Origin: Lama guanicoe | Lineage: Eukaryota | NCBI GenBank assembly: GCA_013239625.1 | Contig: MU054323.1 | Span: 5,073,220 to 5,137,219, forward strand | Length of the DNA stretch: 64,000 bases | Direction: 5' to 3' | In this document: positions 13,276-25,870 of the stretch, one piece after another | How positions within the stretch are numbered: position 1 is the first letter of the stretch | Layout: each line of letters opens with the position of its first letter | Program-made: the position numbers and the translations under genes | Notes under the pieces: generated by a model | Seen by the model: the letters and a program-made list of their open reading frames with translations, nothing else | The model's database searches: none | What the model was told of the DNA's origin: nothing

Positions 13276-16200
13276 TAGAAAATTAAAGAATGGAATGTTG
13301 AAATGTGATACCCACAGGAACTTAAAAATTGGGTCACCTTCTACTTTTCAAATGTTATTTTTGATTCTACAAGCCAGAAGGCATTTAAAAGACTAGTTGT
13401 TTCCAACAGGAGCTGAGAAAATGAACATACCAGTTCAAATGTTCTTTGTTCATTGAGGTGTTTATGGACATGAATGCCCATGTGCTTTGCTTCCAGTGCA
13501 GTCATCTTTTTCCCGCTGTCTTAAAAATGAGTCCTGGCCATCTGTTCTGAGTGTCTTGGAGATGGCATAGTGGAAGAAGAGGAAGGACCCAAATGTGGAC
13601 TTTCCCCCCATTGCATCTCTGGCAGCATCATTTTTATCTGTTCTACATATTAGACCTAAACTAAGTCTTCAAAGAAAGGGATTCTCTTAACAAAAGAAAA
13701 AAAATGAAAATCATTACCCTTTATTCTGCTACCTCCTCTTCATTAAAAAAAAAAGTCTCTAGCAGGGAAATTCCAAATGAATCACATACCTCTGGACTAT
13801 CAGAGTCTTGTTCATGATGGTCAGCAGTTATGGTTATGCTGTTTACCATCATACATACAAAGCACTTTTCTTTCTAGTTCTATGGAGGGGATTAATACAA
13901 GCTTACTAACCAAAGCAAAAGAGGATCTCATCTCGTAGAAGGCCATTCGGAAGAGTCTAACAACAAATCATAGAGGAAAACTTCGGTCATAGTTGTTGGG
14001 GTTGAAGGGGAAAAATCAACTGCACTCTTGTCTCTGTCTCCCAGTTCTGATCTCATTGAAGAGAAGTTAATCAGGAAGATGAGCATATCACATCTCTTGA
14101 TCTCAAAAGCTGGCTTGGAGAATATGGATTTAATCCTGTTGACTTGTTAATACTACATCGCTGAATTTTAATTACCCACCTCTTTACAAGCACTGCTAGG
14201 AAACCAGAGGCCTCACCTGAAGGTCAGCATACCAATGTGGCCAAAGGCAGACCAAAGCTTAAGCTCTCTGCATGCAGACGTATCTCACAAAGATAAGGGG
14301 AGCATCTATGTTCCTAATCTATAGGTCCTGATCCCAGAATTATTCATCAGAATGCTCTCCTTTTCCCCTGGAAAGCAGTGAGTCAGGGAATAGGGCAAGA
14401 ATCTAGGAGTACATGAGAAAAATCTTTCCTGGGGGAAACCAGAGGGGTGGGACAAAGCAATGCATGCTGATACTGTATAACACGGCCTGTGAATGAGGAG
14501 TCAGGATGAATACTTCCCAGTTTGTAGAGGAGCACATATGTGTGTGTTGGGGGTGGCAGGGAGAGCAGTGGCAGGTACATGTAGATGGTCTGTACTGTGA
14601 CATTAAAACTGCCACATTGAATACCCCAACTTATCCCCTAACAGCTACAAGGAACCAGATCAGCCCACCAAGTAACACCTTTAGAAATGTGAGCATGAAT
14701 TTATACACAACAAAATTCCAGGTACTGGAAAGGCAGAGGGGAGACAGGTTACTACCAGGATTAATGCCCTCCAATGTTACACAGCATTATCTCCAGAATG
14801 AATTTGTGTCTGAATACATTGCATTAAAAAGCGTCCTGGGCACATCCATTGGATGAAAATAAAAAAGAATAAATTAGGATGTGCGAGACGTTAAAACAAA
14901 CACCAGGGGAGGGCAAGGAGGAGGAAAGAAGACAGGGATGATAATAGGAAGGGTCCATTTGAGCATTTTTTTTTTTTTGCCCCACATCCTTGATAAAACT
15001 CAGGAAGTTATCTCCTCATTTCTCATTTACAAAGAACTCCTTTTTGAGAAGATTTTTTTAAATCATCACTTTATCTTCCTCACTACCTGTCCCTAAGTAT
15101 AATCATTCTATTGATTTAGGTAAGTGACAATCCATAAAGAAATTTGAGTCAAATTTACATTTTCTCTAATACCCAGCAGGATTTGTTTTCAGTCTTTGGA
15201 ATAATGGGTCTTAAACACGCATGCTATGCCTTTAAAAATCCAAAGTCTGCTCTCCAACTTGACTTCAAAGGCTGTCTAGGATTCTGAAGGTACAGCCAGA
15301 GGTACAGTTTCACATCTCTTCACCCCTATATGGTGAAGCACAGTGCTGGGCACGCCCGTATGTCACAGAATGATACAAACTTGGACTTGGCCTTTGGCCT
15401 TGATGGTTAAGTAATCTTAAAGGAAAATATGTACTTCTCGCCCTTCTTGGTCCTGGTCACCCAGCAAGTGTTCAGCTTGAAGCATTAAATTGCCAAGAAA
15501 TATGAAATTGGCAACCACGGGTCATGGAGCAGAGAACCCATATCTCAGGTACAGGAAGCAGTAGTTCAGGGCGCTTCCAAACTTCATTAGACCATCTTTT
15601 ATTAGGATTGTTACATTGTTCATTGGCAGTAATTTCTCTGAAATTAGAATAAATGAATAAGTTCTTCACTAGGAGTCACTTAAATGATCAAAACTGCACT
15701 TTTTTTGAATGGGGGAGATTTGTAAAGGGAATTCTAATACCCAAGAGCCCATCTCATATAGTTTCTGTGGGGATCAATATTATAACAAAATGATGTGCAC
15801 AAAAAGTGCTTTGTAAATAGGAAAATTTTAATGGGAGGAGGTAAGCTTTAGTATAACTCCCATCATACCAATCATAACATGATGTAAGCAAAGGACATAA
15901 TAAGAGTCTTTATCCCAAGTAGCAAAATTCCGAAATAAGGAAAACAAGTAAAATGCCAACCGTTAAATATTTATGACACAGTTAAAATAACTTATAAAGG
16001 AAACTTACATTTAATTATATAAATAAATACATAGGAAATATATGTCTTCAGAATGTGTCTTTTGGTCCAAAGTTAATAAGGTGATGTGATCTCTCCAAAT
16101 AGTTTTCCCAGTGAAGGAATTAGTCAGACAAGGTCTCATGCTGATCTACTTTTTTTCCATCGTGGCTTTCAAAGCCTGGACATAGAGTTGATCATCAACA

Positions 16201-16279
16201 GCTTCTAACAAAGACCAGAGGCCCCCTGCACGAGCTCCCTTACGTTTAGTTTTTGGAACAGTCTGGCACATGAGGACCT

Positions 16280-16770
16280 CATTCACTCAACAATCAAGCA
16301 TTTAATCATCATAAATTAATTGGGCACATGGTAGGTTACCTCAGGCAGAGTTTTAAGAATACAGGACCTAGCAAAGTACAAGACAGCTGTGACTTCTGTC
16401 CTCCCTAGAGTCCATGTGGTCCATTTTAGACCTATAAGGAAAAACACTCATCGTGATGTTCACGACGTCATCCTACTTCAATCCTTCACCTCTACGTGGC
16501 TTAAAGAACAAATGTCCTTTGGATCTCCTAAAGAGCTCATCTCCTTCTATGACATACAAGCTCCTCCTTAAGCATTTTCAGCTTCATTCCTCACTACTCC
16601 TCTACAGACATCTCACACTATCTGCCACACTGAATTGCTTGCTGTTCCTCAAACCCGTCACATAATTACATTGCTTTAGCTCTTTGCATAGGGTGTTCCC
16701 TCTATCTGGCATGCCAGTCACTTCATTCTCTTTCAAAAATGCTGATTATTTAAAATTTCTGAATGAATAA
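16280..16770. mobile_element. L2 fragments in both orientations
   Basis: Antisense L2 tail at ~16280-16430, then sense L2 3' region ('ctgccacactgaattgcttgctgttcctcaaac...gttccctctatctggcatgcc') ending in gaatgaat. Confidence 0.6.
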
Positions 16771-16939
16771 AAACGGGGAGGGGAGAGAGAGAGGGAAAGA
16801 GGAAGAAAAGGCAATGCTTATGTTCTTTTTGCAATATTTGATCCTTCTCAGGTCTGGCCATCATCTGGACTGGGTTTTCCCATTATTCATTTACTCATTA
16901 TTCAACAAATATTTGTTAACAACGAACCAACTAACTTTG

Positions 16940-17344
16940 CAATTTCACTTCCACTTGAATCTGAGCTGGCTTTGTGACTTTCTCTGACTGATAGAATGCA
17001 GCAGATGTGACATGGTGCCAGTCCCAGTCCCAGCCTTTAAGAAGCCTGGCAGCTTGAGATTCATTCTCTTGGAATCCAATCACCATACACTAGGGAAGCT
17101 GGTCTAGACTAATAGAAGAAGAGAGACCATGTGGAGGAGAACTGAGCTGCCCAGCCAACAGCCAACACTGCCTGATGAACATATGAATGAGGCCATCTTG
17201 GACTTTCCAGCACCAGCTCAGCTGCCAACTGAGTGCAGAGGACTGCCCATAGACTCACAGCATCGGGAGAAAAAAGAAACCGCTGTTATGCTAAGCTACT
17301 AAGTTTTGGGGTATTTTGTTATCCAGCAATAGATAAATGAAACA
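16940..17344 (+). mobile_element. MLT1 (ERVL-MaLR) solo LTR, MLT1G/H/I-like
   Basis: 'cttgaatctgagctggctttgtgact...gagagaccatgtggaggagaactgag...gaggccatcttggac...ctaagttttggggtattttgttatccagcaatagataaatgaaaca'. The 3' terminus is canonical for MLT1. Confidence 0.85.
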
Positions 17345-18244
17345 TTATGCAACTGATGCTATGCGAGTCACCAGACAAAAGGTAGAAGCATACATTATAG
17401 AATAACTCAGTCATGGGTAGAAGAGATGGGTATGTAAATATTTAATGACATGTTACAAAAACATGCATAAGTATGATGGAAACTGTCTTTTCATTGACCT
17501 ACTTTTTTTAGTGAAGAACATTAACATGAGTGGTAATAAATTTAAAAACAAAAAACAAAACAAATAAATAGTGAGATGGCCCACAGGCCAGCACAGAGGA
17601 TACTTGGCAGAATCCCACGGATTTCAGATCTTCCCTTTCCTTAATTATTAAATGGTTATGAAGCATGGGTCTGAAAACTCTATGCTAATTTCCATTTGGC
17701 GATGTGAGAGGCAAGAATTGTGAGACAATTTCTAATCTCTTTCTCTCCAGTTTTTCCAGAGTCCTCCAAATTAGTTTTTCATTGAAGGAGTGTTAATAAT
17801 TTCCAATCAAGTTGTCTGGTACCAGAAGACAGTCTTCTATTTGATTCAATACATATGTGAAAATTTAGAATATGCAGATTAAAAAACGTCATTTCCTAGT
17901 TGGCATTATCATCCTCAGAGAACGTGTTGGCCTCAAAGCTGGTCCATTTTATTAAGCACGTTCTTTATGTTCAGCGCTCTACTGGTCATGAAGATGGAAA
18001 AAGAGGCAAGATATGTATGCTAGAAAAAGTGTATGAAAACATTAGCTGACTTATCTGCTAGAAAGTGCTTTACTCCGCATCTGTGGAAGGCCAAGGATGG
18101 TACTGAAAGACCCTCAAAGGGGAGGGGAGGGGATCAGAAGTGTATTAGGCACAGCTTTGATCCTCTAGGAAGTAAGTCTCTACTGGAGAAAACAATTCTC
18201 TATAAACAGTAATTCTGTAGGCTGCTGATACTACTGCTACTACT

Positions 18245-18247
<3 letters not shown>

Positions 18248-18304
<57 letters not shown>
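18248..18304. repeat. (AAT)19 perfect microsatellite
   Basis: 57 bp of uninterrupted AAT, preceded by a short imperfect (TAC)n run. Confidence 0.98.
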
Positions 18305-19316
18305 TTGAGACTTATAATTCTACATTAATAGGAGTAATTCCATATAACTGCACTTTACATTTTCAAATAAAATCAACATTGTGGTAAATTCTGTAGGAAA
18401 TAAAATTTACACCAAGGCAGATGCTTTTGAAGCTGTCCCTAATTTCAGGGAATAGGTTTCTGCATTAATGCAGAGCCACAAACGCTGACATATGTTTTCT
18501 ACAATGAATCTCGTGGGATTTTTTTGTTTCGATATCAAACATACAGTGACTCAGACACTACTGCTGCCTCTGTTGTTCAGCCTTGTCCAATGGGTTTTAA
18601 TACTGAGGCTGACTTGCCTAAGAGTGGAAAACACAATTCTTCAGTCCTCCATGGACATCCGGGACCTTCAGGAAAACACTGATTTGACTTCTCAAGGGCA
18701 ATGAAGGATTGACTATTGAAGTTGGAGCCAGAAGGGCAGCATCTTCTGAGAGCTCATGGTTAGCACTCTGAACACACTTCTAGGGTCTGTGTTTATAGCG
18801 CATTCATTCTGCTGCTTTTTGACACTTGGGGACTTTGTGTTGTTTCTGCGTGTCAAGTTTTTTCCGTGGATTTATTTCTAATTGTGACTGGGCTTTAAAA
18901 GCCTAATATTACTTTAGAGAAAATTCAATCAAACAGGCTCCCAAAGACCTATTTAAGTTGTGAGGTGTCAACACATTATGTTCCCTACATGCTCTATTTT
19001 ATTTATTTATTTAAACTTTCCAAAACAGAGATGTAGAGAAGCCCCTGTACACCTCTACTTGAAATGTCTCTCTACTATTGAAAATGCATCAAAGTTTAAA
19101 GTGAAAACTCAGAAGAAATTAAAATGTGTTTCTAGCACAAAAATATAGGTAGGAAGCTTGAAAGGTTCTCAAATCTTGCTGACAAGTTGAATAGATTTCA
19201 TTAAAGTTGGATTTCACACATGTTGAACTTTATTTAAAAATAAATGTAAGACCAATAAAGACACATCAAAAGAAAAGGAAAAAAACAGTCACAAGGAAAT
19301 ACTGTGTCTCCACAGT

Positions 19317-19822
19317 TGTATCAGTTAGATTTGCTGCATAACAATCTACCTTGATACTTAGTGGCTTAAAACAGCTGTTTGTTAATAGTTGACAAATATG
19401 TGGATCAGCATCTTGGGCTGGGCTCAGCTGGGCAGGCCTCCTGCTATACTTTCCTGGGCTTATTTAACCAGTTGCAGTCAGATGGTGGATCAGCTGAGGG
19501 CTAGCTGGTCTTGGATGGCCCCACATTCATTCCTGGCATTTGGCAAGTTGTTAATATGGGGATGGTGTTTCTCTCATGTTTCTGATTGTTGGCCTGATGT
19601 CAGCTGGGGAGATGCCTCCATGTCTTTTATTATCTAGGATGGAGGAAATTCATTGCCGGGATGGAGGAAAATAACACTTTTCAAGCTTCTGCTTGCATTA
19701 TGTTTGTTAGTTTCCCATTGACCAAAGAAATTCTTATGGCTAAGCTCCCACTTACGAGGTGGAAAAATAAAGAATTCCTTTTGATGGGAGAAACTTCAAA
19801 GTATTTGTGGTCATTTTCTACA
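19317..19822 (-). mobile_element. MLT1 solo LTR (old subfamily, MLT1F-K-like)
   Basis: Begins tgtatcagttag...gctgcataacaa...cttagtggcttaaaac, the reverse complement of an MLT1 3' end. Contains 'gggctgggctcagctgggcag' and ends 'ttgatgggagaaacttcaaagtatttgtggtcattttctaca'. Confidence 0.8.
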
Positions 19823-19889
19823 CTTGAACAAAATACTCATAACCTTCTTTAATATTTTTGAATCTGATTATAAAATATAAATACTAACA

Positions 19890-20115
19890 TCTGTTCTGCA
19901 CTAAGCAACCTTCGTATTATGTGCTAAACAATTTTATGTGAATTACCCTTTGTCATCTTCACAAAGCCATGAGGTAGATAATATTATTCATTGTTATTTA
20001 TAAATGATGAAACTAAATAACAGAAAGTAAGCTGTCTAATATAATACAGCTTGTGTGAGGTGAAGTCAGAATTCTAACCTATTATGTCCACATCTAGAGT
20101 TCATTTTCTTAACCA
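19890..20115 (-). mobile_element. MIR SINE
   Basis: 'atcttcacaaagccatgaggtagataatattatt...attttataaatgatgaaact...tcagaattctaaccta...ttcttaacca'. Confidence 0.75.
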
Positions 20116-20202
20116 AGACTGTACTTACAGAGAGTAAATTATTTCTCCTTTCAGTAAGATAAAAGCTTACGACCAGTAATTTCACAAGAGAATTGAAGGT
20201 AA

Positions 20203-20382
20203 TTATATTTAATTAAGGCTAAGATGCATATTTTTCACATTTTAACATGTCTGAAATTAAATCCGTTTTGTATTTGCTGCATATCATCATGTAGTTAGTT
20301 GTAGTATTTTTTTGTCTTAGTGACACATAAAACAATGGTGCGTCTGCTACCTACGGTATCTTATATTCCATAAACATAATAG
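20203..20382. mobile_element. MER104-like (TcMar-Tc2) MITE
   Basis: About 180 bp with 'ctaagatgcatatttttcacattttaacatgtctgaaat...cttagtgacacataaaacaatggtgcgtct...tcttatattccataaa', resembling the recalled MER104 consensus. Confidence 0.6.
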
Positions 20383-21071
20383 TATCATCATATGTCACTT
20401 GGTTAACTTAAAGCATCAGTATATTCAGCAACAAGGAGAGTAAAGCAAAGGGATCTCAGTCCAAGCCCAGGGGCTCAGATAGTGCTTAATTTACACTACA
20501 TGATGAACAAAGCTTATTCTATGCCCAGGTGTTGGCATTTTACTCCAAATGATATCATTTTGAATGAAAATATTAGTTTTATGATACATTGTTACATGAA
20601 GCCAAGAAAGGCTCTAGAAAAGACATTATATGAGCACAGCCTGGGTTATTTGTCTCTGTTACGGACATCAGTGGTATACCACTAAACACTGTTCATTTGA
20701 AATATTCCGTAAAAACTCAATATATGAAACTAATGAACTCAGAAGTGTACTGTTTATTTGGGGCTTGGGGAGTATCAGAGAGGCGAGTACCTATAATTCG
20801 GAGAGGGTAGTGAATAGGAGTGGGACTCTGGAATTTGTGTTCCCGAGTTTGTAGTCTTACCCTGGGTGAATCACTGCTATTATGACAAAATCTCCCCATA
20901 TGTAAAATTGGAGGCTTTTAGTACTTGTCCCTTGGGTACAACAGCTGATAAATAGTCAATAAATAGTACTGGCATATCTCCTTCCATATGAGAGCTCCTG
21001 GAGTGTTGGGGTGCCGTATAAAGGTAGAGTTTGTAAACTACAGAGTGGTACCTTTTAAGGTTAAGGTCTTT

Positions 21072-21955
21072 TGTACAAATGGCCGATAGGTACATGAGAA
21101 AATGCTCCATATTGCTAATTACTAGAGAAGTGCAAATCAAAACTACAATGAGGTATCACCTCACACCGGTCAGAGTGTAGTTTGGTGCAGCCATTATGGA
21201 AAACAGTATAGAGATTCCTTAAAAAATTAAAAACAGAATTACCCTATGATCCAGCAATCCCACTCCCAGGCATATATCCAGAGGAAACTCTAATTGGAAG
21301 AGATACATGCACCCCAGTGTTCATAACAGCACTATTTACAATAGCTAAGACATGGAAATGACCTAAATGTCCACTGACAGATGACTGGATACAGAAGTTG
21401 TGAGATATATATATATACACATACATACACATATATACACATATATATACACATACATACATATACACACACACACATACACAATGGAATGCCACTCAGC
21501 CATAAAAAATAATAATATAATGCCATTTGCAGCAACATGGATGGATCTAAAGATTGTCATACTAAGTGAAGTAAGCCAGAACGAAAAAGAAAACTACTAT
21601 ATGATATTACTTATTTGTGGAATCTAAAAAATGATACAAATGAACTTATTTACAAATAAAAATAGACTCACAGACATAGAAAACAGACTTATGGTTACCA
21701 GGGGGAAGAGGATGGAGGGGAGGGATAAATTAGGAGTTAAGGATTTGCAGATACTAACCACTATATATAAAATAGATAAACAACAGGGTCCTACTCTATA
21801 GCACAGGGAACTATATTTAATAGCTAGTAATAAGTAGCCTATAATGAAAAAGAACATGAAAAGGAATATACGTGCAAACTGAACCAATATGCTACATGAC
21901 AGAAATTAACATAAGGTGGTAAACTGACTATATTTTGATAGAAAAATAAATAAAT
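21072..21955 (+). mobile_element. 5'-truncated lineage-specific L1 (ORF2 C-terminus + 3'UTR) with ~15-bp TSD
   Basis: Shows L1 hallmarks 'gcaaatcaaaactacaatgaggtatcacctcacacc', 'tatgatccagcaatcccactcc' and 'atgccatttgcagcaacatggatgga'. The 3'UTR 'ataaacaacagggtcctactctatagcacagggaactatat' is cetartiodactyl-type and ends in an A-rich tail. Flanks aaggttaaggtcttt (21057-21071) and aaagttaagctcttt (21956-21970) match 13/15. Confidence 0.95.
21405..21483. repeat. Compound (TA)n/(CA)n microsatellite inside the L1
   Basis: atatatatatatacacatacatacac...acacacacacacatacaca. Confidence 0.9.
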
Positions 21956-22978
21956 AAAGTTAAGCTCTTTGAGCCACAAGACCATAACCAAGCAAATAAT
22001 GTCATTAATATTCATTAATTAAATGAATGCTACATACTTTTTAGCAGATAGTGGCTCTGTGGTACGCAGAGGGAAAACAAGAAGTTGAACATAAACTTTG
22101 CCCCTTCAAAAGACTTATAGTAACTTGAATTGGAGGCAGAGTGTCTTACAAGAAATGAATTGATGCCCATATGGCCAGACTCACATATCCTAAATTTGGG
22201 CTGGAGCAAGTTATACCGGTAGGGACAGTATAAGGGTGTTGGAATCAGCAGGTTTGATATCATTTTCCCTTTTCCTATTAATTCTCTGCAAGTTTCTTAG
22301 AAGTATATGAATGCAGCTGTGCCTACTTTATAGACAGAAAAATAAGGCTCCTTGTAGATCATGGATTCTCTCCAAATAAAGTGCAAACAAGTGCAAACTA
22401 GAGTATTCAGAATTCCAAGTGAAGTTCTGGCTCTTTCTATATATAATGCTTCTTGGTGGGAAAAAAAAAAAGGAGTAACACAATCAATTTCTTTCTTTTG
22501 GAACTTTCAATTTGAGAGTCAAACAGGGCTTCAGAAAGAAAAAACTTTGCCAGTTTTACCCCAATATATTCATCATAAAGGTCTTGGCCGAGTCAGTTAG
22601 CAGGGGATGAGATCGGGACTCAGGGGTTAATCTCGGGGAATGGTCTCTCATAAAATGTTATTTTGTTCTTTGCGACAATTAACTTAGCAGCGCACCTGAA
22701 TCAAAGAGCAAGCAAGGTCAGTTTGCAGTTGGTGCTTTCTCCTCCATTAAATGACACATGGTGCCTATATTTTTAAATTATGCATAGGAGGTAACCGGCT
22801 CCTGAATGCATTCCAAAACATATCACAGACCAGGTGTTCAAGCACATTGCTATTAAGCTCAAAACATGAGCTGAAATCCACAGCACATAAAAGTTGGAGG
22901 CTTCTCTACAGATGTGCAATACACATTGTAATTTTTTCCCTGATATCACACAGACAAAAAGGGACCATCCTTCTGTTA

Positions 22979-23011
22979 TTGAGGACTGAATGATTCGTTT
23001 CTGACACTGTA
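22979..23011 (-). repeat. Left arm of perfect 33-bp inverted duplication
   Basis: ttgaggactgaatgattcgtttctgacactgta is the exact reverse complement of 24748-24780. The bases just outside on both sides mismatch. Confidence 0.97.
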
Positions 23012-24679
23012 ACGGAAATAACAAATCAAAGTAAAACAACTTCCCTAAGCTTAGAAGGTATAAAGCCTCTAAAGTCAGAGTGAGAGGTGCTGAAGGAGGA
23101 CCTTTGAGGAAGCAGGAGGCAGAGAAAGCTCCTCTTCTCGGTTTCCCTGCTGCCCACTGTGCATTCATCTATTAGAGCAGTGTTTCCCCAAAGAGCACTG
23201 GGTCATCAGAATCACCGGGAATTAAATACAGGGGGCAAGACTGAAGGAGTCAGAGAGCACGGAGGACCCAGTACAGCAAGGAAGAACTATCAGCTAGAAA
23301 CGTAGGGAGAACCTGGCTGGGGACCAGCTCTTACCATCACCCATCGCTCTCCACGCCACAAGGGGGTGAGTCTCCCTGGTCCCTCAGGTGGATACGCAGT
23401 AGCCCAAACCTGGGGATCATCTTCTGTTTTGGCCGCTGTGAGAATGACAGCCTTTGAGTGGCACTGGAGTGACAGCATCTGAGTGGCAGTGTTTCTCTGC
23501 TTCTGCACGTCTCTCCTTGTACTGATCTTCCCCCAGTAGCACCAGGTGACATACCTGTCTTTGGGGAATGGCAAGGAAAGGGAGAAGTTGGAAGACACAG
23601 ATAAAATCAGTTGGCATTAAAATTCCGTCGCCAAGTGGACTGGTCTTTATCTGGTACTGGACTCTGAACACCACAAAGGTTGTAAATTTTTTGGATGCAT
23701 TGTCCTTTAAAAAAGAGTCTCTTTAAGGCATGTTCAATTTTTTCTTAAGAAAATTTTAAAGTGTGTGTACATGTGTGTGCATGTGTGGGCAATTATAGAT
23801 AGATAGAAAAATAAAGTGAAATTCTTAAAATGCGGGTCCTAAATTTGGTATGGAATTCATAATGCTTGTCACTGATTGGGTCTTCCAGGATGGGAGCCTC
23901 CGATTCACTGCTCTGACCTGATTTAGACAGTGCCTGATGGTCAGCTCTCCGCATTCCATCTCTCAGGTGTTTTAGTAGCTTCTGACGGTGCAATATGACC
24001 CACATTCAAGTAATATTGTATTCTTCCTTCCTATCTGTGGCCTCCTGCTTCAAGATTCCCTTCCAAGACAGAATACTCTTACTCAAGCCACTGACTTCAG
24101 AATAGCCTTCATATTTTCCCCAAACTCCAGTGGGACTTTTGGAAAGCATATATGAGAATAATAATTAGTGACCGAGTTTCCATTTTATGCTTGGCTACAT
24201 GCTGGATTTATGTAATTTAAAAGATCAAAAAAAAATGTCAGCTGTAAATGACTATTAGCTCCTCGTTACCTAATGATCTCAGATCTGTAGGCTTAAGGAT
24301 GATGGGAATCCAGAGCTTGAGATTCTGACCTTCCTCATGAGCTCAGCTTCCGCTCAGGTTAAATATGTGCCCAGGGATTAGGAGGAAGCCTGGAAAAATG
24401 GAGACAATGGGATTCTGCAGCCAACCTCTCACCGGCAAGCCAGGGGTTGTACTGGGTAGAAATGTCAGCACACGTCAGTTTTGCCCTTACCTTCTTGTAA
24501 CCCCATCTCTAGAAAAATAAGAACTTCTAGAAAATATATACTTCTGATACATTACTTTAAGCTACTGCCCTATCTTGCAATCTCAGAGACAGCTGTTTGA
24601 TCAAATACAGTCTCCTCCCACTGTCATCTCTCCAAGTTAATTTCTCTCAAGTTAACCACACACTCCTCCCACTACTATA

Positions 24680-25130
24680 TCCGTGCCTGGCACACAGTCA
24701 GTTCTTAATAATTATTAAATTAATAATGAAAAGAAGGAGGGAAATGCTACAGTGTCAGAAACGAATCATTCAGTCCTCAAGTGCTTGCTTATTAAGAACT
24801 TGATATGTCCAAAAAGATTTCTGCCTTCCTGGGACCTAGGGTCTTGGGATAAGGGAATTGGGGTGGCAGGAAAAGACATGGGCAAGTAACCAAATGAGTC
24901 AACAAGATAAGTTCATAAAATTCTACATGAGAGGAAGAAAGTACATTTTGATGCTGTGATAAGAGAGTGAGTAGAGAAATGGGGATTTACTTTATGAAGG
25001 ATGATAAAAGATGTCCTCTCTTAACTCTGAGTGGGTCTGAGAAAGATCACTCCAAGCCAAGGGTCAGAACTTAGGAAGATTCCCAAGGATGAGTGGACAA
25101 TGTTGTACATCCAAACACGGAAAGGCTCAG
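24680..25130. mobile_element. Tail-to-tail L2 fragments
   Basis: Sense L2 tail 'gtgcctggcacacagtcagttcttaataattatt...' (~24680-24745), then antisense L2 from ~24765 ('atcattcagtcctcaagtgcttgcttattaagaacttgatatgtcc...ctgccttcctggga'). Confidence 0.55.
24748..24780 (+). repeat. Right arm of perfect 33-bp inverted duplication
   Basis: tacagtgtcagaaacgaatcattcagtcctcaa. The ORF track shows the same peptide LQCQKRIIQSS from opposite strands at the two sites. Confidence 0.97.
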
Positions 25131-25489
25131 CCAGCGCCCCCTTGAGCCCTGGGGCTGTTCTGAGCTTCTCCCCATAAGAATTGACTGGGTTCCCCTTTGC
25201 ACTTGGCTGCAGCCAGCGGGTCTTGCCTTGCTGCTTGGCTTCCTCAGTTTCTGATCTTTTTATACGAAACCTTCAGAAAATCGGCTTCAGATGAAAAACT
25301 GTGCTTTGCTCTGTCCCTGGCAGTGGGGAGAGGGCACAGCAAGTGGCATTTCTGATGACCGGTCAGGATGGACAGCTCTCGTCCGGGACATTTCAGTGGA
25401 GCTTGTTCCTCCCCTGCTTCCAAGAACAAGTCTCAAAATCATCATTCTGGACTTGCTATTGGGCGAAGTTGAAACTGTTTCTGTCATTA

Positions 25490-25870
25490 CTGCATTCATT
25501 CACACACGCGTTCATCATGCATTTGTTCAGCGTCTCCAACACAACTCTGGGCTCCGGGCATACAATGAATACTTCCCTTTTGGAGGCGCACAGACGGGTC
25601 CAGGGATGGATGCCTAACCCCAAATCACAGTCATGTGACGTGTGCTGTGAGAGATTTTAGAGGTTGACGTGGAAGCACAGAAGCTTTAAGAGCTGATTTC
25701 AGCCTGGGGAGATTATGGAGGTGATGTTTGGCCTGACTCTTGAAGGCTGAAAAGAAGTGTGTCAGGTGGACAAAGATGTGGGAAAGGATGGGTATTCTAT
25801 AGGAAGAGAGCATTGCTTAGGCATGCAGGTGTTGAATGCATAGCGTGTTCTGGGAACTAGAAGCCTGTCA
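25490..25870 (-). mobile_element. L2 fragment
   Basis: 'cattcattcac...catttgttcagcgtctcc...ggaggtgatgtttggcctgactcttgaagg...tattctataggaagagagcatt'. Confidence 0.65.

Noticed and set aside
22379..22398. 10-bp tandem duplication aagtgcaaac x2 (also small hairpins at 43067-43094 and ~38386-38407)
   Set aside because: These are ordinary slippage or chance-level structures.
22979..24780. Reading the 33-bp inverted repeat as terminal inverted repeats of a DNA transposon
   Set aside because: There is no TSD outside the pair and no transposase ORF. The interior contains old repeat fragments, and the right arm overlaps an L2-like tail.
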